A stretch of 64,000 bases of DNA, from NCBI GenBank assembly GCA_038882715.1, contig JAVZNR010000001.1, positions 14,313 through 78,312 of the forward strand, written 5' to 3'. The notes below the pieces were generated by a model that saw nothing but the letters and a program-made list of their open reading frames with translations, was not told where the DNA came from and did no database searches. A program made the position numbers and the translations under genes. Shown here piece after piece: positions 29,310 to 36,601 of this stretch. This DNA is from Candidatus Bathyarchaeia archaeon. Its GTDB lineage: Archaea > Thermoproteota > Bathyarchaeia > Bathyarchaeales > DTEX01. The number at the start of each line of letters is the position of its first letter. Within the stretch, counting starts at the first letter, position 1.

Positions 29310-29747
29310 TTATACCCGCCCATATTCTTTTATGAGCCTTAAGCACATGTCTAAAACTTTTCTGGCGGACTCTAGAGCATCCTCAGCATCCATTAGACTA
29401 TATAATTGGTCTGGTGGCGTGCCAGTCTCCTCGTCGCCATACATGCTTGGCTCCCTTTCACGCCTAAGCCTCCTCGAGATCGAAGCGATCTCATCAATAT
29501 CTTCTCTAAACCATTCGGGAAAAAGATGCTTGTTTCTTTTAATTATTGGTCCAACGTCATGCCATTTCGGAGGCTCTATAGCCAGTAGTCTTAGCGCACC
29601 TTTTAGGGCTAGTTCGACGGTCTCTTGGCTCTGGCGTATCGTGAACGCATAGTTTCCCGTCTTTATAGCCTCTTCGGCATGCTTAACCCTCTCTTCAGCC
29701 TGCCTTAAATATGATTTAGCCATCTCAACGTTATTCAATCTCAACAA
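29310..29747 (-). CDS. HEPN domain protein (MNT partner)
   Basis: SQETVELALKG, PPKWHDV, RREREPSMYGDE; overlaps MNT gene. Confidence 0.88.
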   Translation of the reverse strand: MLRLNNVEMAKSYLRQAEERVKHAEEAIKTGNYAFTIRQSQETVELALKGALRLLAIEPPKWHDVGPIIKRNKHLFPEWFREDIDEIASISRRLRREREPSMYGDEETGTPPDQLYSLMDAEDALESARKVLDMCLRLIKEYGRV

Positions 29748-30252
29748 CCTCGCCGAACCTTATGTCGGGCTTAAGAACCCAATACCATTTATCGCCAACC
29801 CAAACTCTTTTCGCGCCCAGCTCCTCAAGCCTTTTCCTCAGCCTATCCATGATATTCTTAAAGAAACCGTTTCTATCATAGAGTATTATTGAGTCTTCGA
29901 CCATGTCTAAGTAAATTGGCCTGATCCTAGAGGCTTCTTCCAAAGATAGGATTATGGGCGAGAAATCCACATGGAAGCCCTTATCCCAGAGATCGTCTAT
30001 AAGCGGCTCAAGAGGCTCCTCAATTAAAAGGAATAGTTTTTGTCGCATCATGCGGCTTTTAGGCAGAGTCTCGGCAACTATTAAGATGTCTATGTCGCTG
30101 TCTTTACGTGTGGATCCACGCGCAACGCTACCGTAAACGATCACTGATACAAGTTTATCGCCTAGCTTGGCGAACAGCGAGTTAAGAAGTTTTTCAATCA
30201 GGGATCTATACGGTTCCTTAATCTTCTCTAGGCTCAAATCTCGGTATCCCAC
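29731..30252 (-). CDS. Minimal nucleotidyltransferase (MNT)
   Basis: YGSVARG...SDIDILIV (GS-x10-DxD). Confidence 0.9.
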   Translation of the reverse strand: MGYRDLSLEKIKEPYRSLIEKLLNSLFAKLGDKLVSVIVYGSVARGSTRKDSDIDILIVAETLPKSRMMRQKLFLLIEEPLEPLIDDLWDKGFHVDFSPIILSLEEASRIRPIYLDMVEDSIILYDRNGFFKNIMDRLRKRLEELGAKRVWVGDKWYWVLKPDIRFGEVVEIE

Positions 30253-30314
30253 AAAACTAAATATTTATGCGATTGCTTAAATAGGCTACCTTAAAGAAAT
30301 GCTCAAGATAATTT

Positions 30315-31484
30315 TTACTCATATTGGAATTCACCGTATTGGCTTTTTATGGTCAGCCTGTTTTTTCCATCGCTTCTCTCGCACCTTCCAATTATCTTCG
30401 CCTCCAGGTTAAACTTCTCTGATATGCTGATTATGTCGTCGGCGGCTTCCGGCTTCGCTATAACCTCGAAGCCGACGCCCATATTATAATTTTCAAACAT
30501 CGCTCTCCAAGACTCGTTGGACTCACGTTGTATGAGGATGAAGATCGGATCTGGGTTAAAAAGATTATCTTTAATGTAATGGATGTTTCTGCCAACGCGT
30601 AGGCATTTCGTTTGGCCGCCGCCGGTATTATGAACTAGGCCGGAAATATGGTCGCCGAGATCATCAATTATTTTCAGTATGACTGGCGCGTAGAACCTCG
30701 TTGGCGAAAGTATGGCTTCACCGACGGTCATGCCGAGATCATCAATATAATCGTCAAATCTAAATCTCCCATAGTAAGATCTCTTACCATCTCCGCCCTC
30801 AAGGATCTCAGGGTACTTCTCTTGATAGTCTCTATGAATAAGGCATAGCCGGGCCAGCGTTATGCCATTACACATTATCCCGCTATTCTCCCTCTTCTCA
30901 TATTTTGTTTTTCCCCCACTTCTAAAACCTATGATGACATCGCCCGGCTCAATCCTGCCGCCGGATAAAACTTTAGAGAGGTTTACACGTCCATTCATCA
31001 TCACAGCTATGTCCAGAGTCCTAAGCTGATCCGGCAGATCAGCCGTCTCGCCACCAGAGAACATGATCTTAACATCTAAGCCCTCCAGCGTACTCATGCA
31101 TTCTCTGAAGCCAGCGCTTAAAGCCTTGAGTAAGCCGACCTTATCAACTTTAAGGGGGTTTACCGCCACGTAATCTACAAAGTTTATTGGCGTAGCGCCC
31201 ACGCAAATAATGTCGTCTATATTCATGGCTAAAGCATCTTGGGCTAAACCCATAAACCAGCTTATGTCCCCGGTCTCCCTCCAATGGAGATACGCTTGAA
31301 CCGGCTTGCTGCCAGCGCCATCAACATGGGTCACGATGCCGAAGCCGGGTAGATCAGGGTCTTCGCTTACGACGCAGAAGGCTTCTGGAAACAAATCATT
31401 TATTACGCCCTTAAAGAATTCTACACCCCTCTTCTTAACATCTACCCCCGACTCAGCATACTTAGATGACAAGGACGTGATCAC
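30315..31484 (-). CDS. purM: AIR synthase (PurM), long variant
   Basis: YAESGVDV, HVDGAGSK, AMNIDD, SGGETA, HNTGGG, NMGVG. Confidence 0.8.
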   Translation of the reverse strand: MITSLSSKYAESGVDVKKRGVEFFKGVINDLFPEAFCVVSEDPDLPGFGIVTHVDGAGSKPVQAYLHWRETGDISWFMGLAQDALAMNIDDIICVGATPINFVDYVAVNPLKVDKVGLLKALSAGFRECMSTLEGLDVKIMFSGGETADLPDQLRTLDIAVMMNGRVNLSKVLSGGRIEPGDVIIGFRSGGKTKYEKRENSGIMCNGITLARLCLIHRDYQEKYPEILEGGDGKRSYYGRFRFDDYIDDLGMTVGEAILSPTRFYAPVILKIIDDLGDHISGLVHNTGGGQTKCLRVGRNIHYIKDNLFNPDPIFILIQRESNESWRAMFENYNMGVGFEVIAKPEAADDIISISEKFNLEAKIIGRCERSDGKNRLTIKSQYGEFQYE

Positions 31485-31493
31485 CCGGTGAAA

Positions 31494-32291
31494 TTACCAT
31501 ATCGTGTAGCCGCCGTCCACCACTAAATCGTGTCCAGTTATATAGTCTGCGGCTCCAGAAGCCAAAAAGATAACCGCGCCCACTATGTCAGCTGGCTCAG
31601 CGAATCTTCCGAGAGGTATTAGAGCGCGCCACTGATCAGCGTACTCCGGCTGGCACTTTAGCAAGTTTTCAACCAGCGGAGTCAATGTGTATCCGGGGCT
31701 GACACAATTAACGTTCACTCCGTATTTAGCCCATTCAGCCGCCAAGCTCTTCGTTAGCATGATTACCCCAGCCTTTGAAGCATTATAATGGGCTTGCGGC
31801 TGAGGCCTATTGACGATCCTGCCGGACATAGACGCTATATTTATTATCTTACCGCTTCCCCTCCCTATCATGTGCCGGCCAACCACCTGGCACATTATGA
31901 AGACCCCGGTAAGATTAACATTTATCATCTTGTTCCAGTCTTCATCGGTCATGTTCTCGAAGGAAACCCATTGCCCAATGCCATGGCTATTCACTAATAC
32001 GTCTATTTGCCCAAAATTTTTCAGAACCAGGTTAACGGCTTCCTCAACTTGATCACGGTTGCACACATCCACCCGCATAGCAAGAACCTTAACCGGAAAT
32101 CTTCGCTCTAGAATCTCTTTTAGATCCGCTATTTTCTCTGAATCTAGGTCGAATAACGCTACATCGGCTCCGAGCCCCGCAAGAGCGTACGCTATTGCTC
32201 TTCCGATGCCCCCGCCAGCGCCGGTAACTATAGCTTTTCTACCATTCAGCATGAACATTTCTTTAATGGACTTAAACTTGCTTAAACTCAA
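31494..32291 (-). CDS. Short-chain dehydrogenase/reductase (polyol/ketose type)
   Basis: TGAGGGIG, YNASKAG (YxxxK), VNCVSPG, PQPQAHY. Confidence 0.9.
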   Translation of the reverse strand: MSLSKFKSIKEMFMLNGRKAIVTGAGGGIGRAIAYALAGLGADVALFDLDSEKIADLKEILERRFPVKVLAMRVDVCNRDQVEEAVNLVLKNFGQIDVLVNSHGIGQWVSFENMTDEDWNKMINVNLTGVFIMCQVVGRHMIGRGSGKIINIASMSGRIVNRPQPQAHYNASKAGVIMLTKSLAAEWAKYGVNVNCVSPGYTLTPLVENLLKCQPEYADQWRALIPLGRFAEPADIVGAVIFLASGAADYITGHDLVVDGGYTIW

Positions 32292-32307
32292 ATCCGCACA
32301 CCATAAA

Positions 32308-32985
32308 CTACTTATAGAGCTCCTCCACGATTTTCATTCTCCACTTCTCGCTCTCAAGAGTTCTAAGCCTATAAACCTCCTCTTCCGGCAGTAGCACCGG
32401 GCCCCCTAGGATCTTGGCTATCAGCAGCATTCTAGCGAAATCTTCAAGGGTCTCGGCTCTTTGGAAAGCTTGCTCAAGGTTGGCGCCCAGAGTTATTATA
32501 CCATGGTTCTTCATTAGGAGGGCGTTTGCCTCCTTAAGGTGTTCAGCGACCTTCCTCGCGTACTCCATTGTTGTTGGCGTCGCATAATCCATTAGCGGTA
32601 TCCTGCCGACTTGTATTATAACTTCGGTGAATGTCGGCACGTCTAAAGAGACTCCGGCGCAGGCGAACCCACCACATATTGGCGGATGGACATGAACTAT
32701 TGCGTTAACGTCAGCTCTTGCGGCATATATCATTAGATGCCACGGGGCGTCGGTTGAGGGCGGATACTTACCCTCTAAAACCTCCCCCTTCAAATTCATC
32801 TTGACAATATGTTCCGGCCGCATATCCGCCAAGGAGAAGCCGCTCGGCTTAATTAAAACCTCGTTTCCAGGAGCCCTAACGCTTATGCTTCCGCCAGCTC
32901 CGCTCGTTAAATGCCTCTCATAGAGCCTCCTTCCAATCCTGCATAGTTCCTCCTTAAGCTTCCATTCTTCACTAACTTCGCTCAA
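32308..32985 (-). CDS. Class II aldolase/adducin family (fuculose-phosphate aldolase-like)
   Basis: GGSIS, IKPSG, IVHVHP, LMKNHG. Confidence 0.9.
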   Translation of the reverse strand: MSEVSEEWKLKEELCRIGRRLYERHLTSGAGGSISVRAPGNEVLIKPSGFSLADMRPEHIVKMNLKGEVLEGKYPPSTDAPWHLMIYAARADVNAIVHVHPPICGGFACAGVSLDVPTFTEVIIQVGRIPLMDYATPTTMEYARKVAEHLKEANALLMKNHGIITLGANLEQAFQRAETLEDFARMLLIAKILGGPVLLPEEEVYRLRTLESEKWRMKIVEELYK

Positions 32986-34562
32986 GGTCTCACTCCACCA
33001 TTAAAGCGATCGGATGGTCGATCAAGGTTGTAGAGCTCCCTATATAGACTCTTGTTCGCCTCGTAGAGCTTCAGATACAGCCCATAATATTTATCGTAGA
33101 TCTCAGATGTTTTAGGATCAGGCTCCTGCACCTCAGCCGCCTTAACCCAATCCTTTATAACCTCATAGCCCTTAAGTACGCGGGTTCCAACGCCGCTCAG
33201 AAGCGCGTCTCCCAGCGGCGTCCCAGGGTGCTCAGCGATATACACTAGCGGAAACTTCGTTACATCAGCAAATATCTTCCTCCACAACGGGGATTTCGCC
33301 CCGCCATCAACTATCCCCATACTAGGCTTTAGCGGAATATTGTTGGCTTTAGCGGTCTCAACATTGTGCCGCAGCGCGTAGGCTGCACCCTCCATTAAAG
33401 CCCTAAATATATGTGCCCTAGTATGGGTCAGCGTTAAGCCTATTATCAGCCCCTTTGAGTACGGATCCCATATGGGAGTCCGCTCACCCATAAAATACGG
33501 TAAAACTATTAGGCCATCTGAGCCCGGCGGAACCCTTTCAGCCTCCAGATCTAGGATTTTGTATGGGCTTAATCCAACCTGTTTTCCAAGAGAGACCTCA
33601 ACCTGCCCAAACTGGTCTCTAAACCATCTTAGCATGCCTCCTGAGGTCGCTGAGCCGCCGAACGTGTAGATCTTCTGTCTATCGTAGGCTACATGTGGAT
33701 AATTAATTAGCTTAGGCGTTAACCTCAGCTCATCCTGTATGACGCTCCAGCATGTTGATGTCCCAACCATAGCTGAGTGGTCGCCGTCCTCTAGGCATCC
33801 TAGGCTTAAGGCGGCTACAGGTGCATCCACGCCTCCAGCGCAGACTGGTGTCCCCTTCTTTAAGCCGCATAGTTTGCTCCCCTCCTCCGTTATCTCGCCG
33901 ACAACAGTCTTTGACTCAACAATCTTCTCGGGGAAGAAGCTTCTCGGTATTCCCATCTCCTCCATTAGCTCCTCAGACCAGTCTCTTTTATGTATATCGA
34001 ATATGCCGCCATAGTTTCCAGCTGAAGAATAATCTATGCACACGACGCCGGTTAAACGATAAACGCAATACCCGTAAGTCGTCACAAGCTGCCTCGTCTT
34101 CTCCCAAGTCTTAGGCTCCTTAAACTTGATCCAAAGCATCTTTGTGAAACCAAAGTATGTATCTATAGTGTTTCCAGTAACCTTAAAAACCTCCTCCTCA
34201 CCTATATTTTTCCTAACCCATTCAACCTCATCAACTGCCCGCCTATCCATCCATATGAGGCAGGGTCTTATAGGCTCCATGTTCTCATCACACGGTACTC
34301 CTGAACCGCTATACAACCCGCTTATAGTTAAGCCGCCAACCTCAGCTGGGTCAATCTTAGACTTCGATAGAACCTCACGGATCGTATTGCATACAGCGTT
34401 AAGCCAAACCTGAGGCCATTGCTCAGCCCAAAGTGGCCTAAGCGATATAATATCCGTCTCCTGAAAAGCCTCCGCAATTATCCTTCCATCAGCATCGACC
34501 AGAACAGACTTTGTGCCGAATGTTCCAATATCAGTCCCTATAAGAAAGTTCCCCTCAGCCAA
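32982..34562 (-). CDS. FGGY family carbohydrate kinase (xylulokinase-like)
   Basis: GTDIGTFGTK, WMDRRA, LPYFMGERTP, DGGAKS. Confidence 0.92.
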   Translation of the reverse strand: MAEGNFLIGTDIGTFGTKSVLVDADGRIIAEAFQETDIISLRPLWAEQWPQVWLNAVCNTIREVLSKSKIDPAEVGGLTISGLYSGSGVPCDENMEPIRPCLIWMDRRAVDEVEWVRKNIGEEEVFKVTGNTIDTYFGFTKMLWIKFKEPKTWEKTRQLVTTYGYCVYRLTGVVCIDYSSAGNYGGIFDIHKRDWSEELMEEMGIPRSFFPEKIVESKTVVGEITEEGSKLCGLKKGTPVCAGGVDAPVAALSLGCLEDGDHSAMVGTSTCWSVIQDELRLTPKLINYPHVAYDRQKIYTFGGSATSGGMLRWFRDQFGQVEVSLGKQVGLSPYKILDLEAERVPPGSDGLIVLPYFMGERTPIWDPYSKGLIIGLTLTHTRAHIFRALMEGAAYALRHNVETAKANNIPLKPSMGIVDGGAKSPLWRKIFADVTKFPLVYIAEHPGTPLGDALLSGVGTRVLKGYEVIKDWVKAAEVQEPDPKTSEIYDKYYGLYLKLYEANKSLYRELYNLDRPSDRFNGGVRP

Positions 34563-34738
34563 CCAACTTCACCCTCCACTCATATATCTTACACTAATTC
34601 ACGCAGAAGAATATAAATTATTAAAAGAACACTCACAGAAACAGCAACCGTAAAACAACGAGCACTTCAAGAGATAAATTTTTAAATAAGACTCGATTTA
34701 TAATAATCCTGAAAAATACATAAAACACTATTTAGAGA

Positions 34739-34816
34739 AGCGGGGTGGGGTAGCCAGGTTAACCCGCTGGGCTCATAACCCAGAGATCGGTCGTTCAAAT
34801 CGACCCCCCGCTACCA
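34739..34816 (+). tRNA. Initiator tRNA-Met(CAU); CCA encoded
   Basis: AGCGGGG/CCCCGCT with A1-U72, anticodon stem CTGGG/CCCAG with three G-C pairs, loop CT-CAT-AA, T-arm GGTCG-TTCAAAT-CGACC. Confidence 0.96.
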
Positions 34817-34817
34817 T
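34790..34817 (+). repeat. attL core (tRNA 3' end) GTCGTTCAAATCGACCCCCCGCTACCAT
   Basis: Matches 39125-39148 apart from a 4-nt deletion there. Confidence 0.85.
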
Positions 34818-34822
34818 GTCTT

Positions 34823-34837
34823 TTGCGAGAGGTCGTA
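34823..34837 (+). repeat. Left inverted arm repeat TTGCGAGAGGTCGTA
   Basis: 14/15 identical to the reverse complement of 39092-39106. Confidence 0.75.
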
Positions 34838-34848
34838 CAACCCCAAAA

Positions 34849-35634
34849 CTAAGCCTTTTCAGACTTCTCTTCAAGTTGCTTAAGTTTTTCACGTGTCTTT
34901 TCCAGTCTCTCTGCAATCTGCCTCTTTTTCGTTTCCTGTTTTGCCTTTTCTCTTACTGCTTTGATGTTCTCTTCTAATGCTATATACCATGCCTGTTTTT
35001 TGATGCTTTCAAAGCTGAATAATTCGAAGAGCTGCTTTTCAGTCTCCTTTATGTCTAAGCTTTCCCGCTTGAATGGTAGGTCCGCGTTCATCAAAAACGC
35101 TATTAAGAGTTGTTGTAAATATGGTATCAACCAATCTCGTATATGCCCATAAAGCTTTTCGTTCGCGATCTCACCTATTTTTATCGCTTCCCTCAACATT
35201 TCTTCCGCGCTCTTTTTGTCTCCCTCCTCCACAACCCCAGCCTCCTTGAACGCGGAGAAGACAGAGTCCCAAAAGAAGTAGAGTAACATTTGTTTGATGC
35301 CAGCCATATTGAAGTCAATGAAATTAATGAAAGCAGCCGTTCTCTTTTCTGTGTTATCGATTGCTGTGATCTCCAAACCGAAAAACGGAATCCTAACAAG
35401 AAAGCGCTTAAACATTCTCTTTCCGTTGTCGAGCTTCTCAAGCGGTCGGAAAACTTGAGGTAGACGGTATTTTCCCTCCTCCCGAAACAACACACCCTCC
35501 TTCTCCAAATTATACAGATACTCGCTCAATGACGGAGAAGACAAACCGGTTGCCTTCTTTAGCTCAGTAAACGTTAACCCATCCTTGGCCCCAGCAAGGA
35601 CAAGCAATATTTTCATCTCGCCCGGCTTAAACAT
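34849..35634 (-). CDS. Winged-helix transcriptional regulator (putative element repressor)
   Basis: N-terminal LTFTELKKATGLSSPSLSEYLYNLEKEGVL wHTH; unknown C-terminal domain; SD GGTGAG. Confidence 0.7.
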   Translation of the reverse strand: MFKPGEMKILLVLAGAKDGLTFTELKKATGLSSPSLSEYLYNLEKEGVLFREEGKYRLPQVFRPLEKLDNGKRMFKRFLVRIPFFGLEITAIDNTEKRTAAFINFIDFNMAGIKQMLLYFFWDSVFSAFKEAGVVEEGDKKSAEEMLREAIKIGEIANEKLYGHIRDWLIPYLQQLLIAFLMNADLPFKRESLDIKETEKQLFELFSFESIKKQAWYIALEENIKAVREKAKQETKKRQIAERLEKTREKLKQLEEKSEKA

Positions 35635-35642
35635 ACATTCTC

Positions 35643-35700
35643 ACCTAACTTAGTTAACCAACTAACTTATATATAACCTTTTCCTATCATTAAGTTAGGT
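35643..35700. promoter_or_regulatory. Divergent promoter with palindromic TATA box and CTAACTTA repeats
   Basis: TTATATATAA at 35667-35676; ACCTAACTTA 35643-35652 inverted at 35691-35700; extra CTAACTTA 35662-35669. Confidence 0.7.
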
Positions 35701-35713
35701 AGGTGACTAACAA

Positions 35714-35896
35714 ATGATCAGGTCAATCTACATACCTGATGGGGTTGCCAAGCTCATTGATGAGGCAGCCAGAAAACTCGGCATGAGCCATTCCCGATTC
35801 ATTCAATATTGTGTGCTCCATGTGCTTGGGGAAATAAACATGCTGACCGCGAAAGTGCATGAGGAGGATTCAGAAAATGGAGTCTATCCCTGGTGA
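35714..35896 (+). CDS. Ribbon-helix-helix (CopG-like) DNA-binding protein
   Basis: RSIYIPDGVAKLIDEAARKLGMSHSRFIQYCV fits the RHH pattern; SD AGGTGA. Confidence 0.75.
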   Translation: MIRSIYIPDGVAKLIDEAARKLGMSHSRFIQYCVLHVLGEINMLTAKVHEEDSENGVYPW

Positions 35897-36425
35897 GTGT
35901 TTCGGATTCTTTGGCATGCCCGCATGGCCCAATGAATGTGAAAAATGCGAAGCTAAAGAGCTCTGCAAATACACAGCTAAGCACTTTGTCCCAAAGAAAA
36001 AGTTGCAACCTATATTTCAACGCCTGCTTGCGCTTGAAAAAAGTATGGGGGAGAGGATCATTGATGAGCTTTTGCGGGGGCTTGCTGATTTGTGTGCTTC
36101 TCTCGAAGAGTCTTTTAAGCAATTTCGAGAGAAGGTAGCCGCGCTTGCCCTTGAGGCAACCGCATGGAAAACCCTTCTCGCACCATCTCCAATCGATCCC
36201 AACGACCGCGCTTTTCGCTGGCTGATTGAGAAGTGTTTGCCGGAGGTCGCCCGGAAGCACCCTGAAGTGCGATGGGACTTGATCAAAACCGAGAACGGCA
36301 AGATTGCGGGGTTGCGGTATTTCTGTCAAGACCAAGAAACGGAAAATGACATAGTCAAGCCAACCACTTGGAGTTTCGAGGTTGCATGCAATCGGCCCTT
36401 AGCCGATAGCAAAAACAAAAAGTAA
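35859..36425 (+). CDS. Hypothetical element protein with Cys-rich N-terminus; likely start 35877
   Basis: ECFG....ECEKCEAKELC motif, then helical region; co-oriented in the element operon. Confidence 0.55.
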   Translation: MRRIQKMESIPGECFGFFGMPAWPNECEKCEAKELCKYTAKHFVPKKKLQPIFQRLLALEKSMGERIIDELLRGLADLCASLEESFKQFREKVAALALEATAWKTLLAPSPIDPNDRAFRWLIEKCLPEVARKHPEVRWDLIKTENGKIAGLRYFCQDQETENDIVKPTTWSFEVACNRPLADSKNKK

Positions 36426-36436
36426 GGGGGCACTTT

Positions 36437-36601
36437 ATGCAGATCGAGCGATACGAGGATTTTTGGCGGCTTTGCGAGAACTGTCCCAACTTCCATTTTG
36501 GTTGCGCTTTGAAATGCGAGCTTAGAATCCGTTTGAAGCTGCCCCCGCACGGACCGAAATACATCTTTAGCGGGAGCGTGAGCGAGGATGAAATGTCTTA
36601 G
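36437..36601 (+). CDS. Small Cys-rich hypothetical protein (54 aa; not in ORF track)
   Basis: MQIERYEDFWRLCENCPNFHFGCALKCELRIRLKLPPHGPKYIFSGSVSEDEMS*; GGGGG SD; overlaps ATPase start. Confidence 0.55.
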   Translation: MQIERYEDFWRLCENCPNFHFGCALKCELRIRLKLPPHGPKYIFSGSVSEDEMS

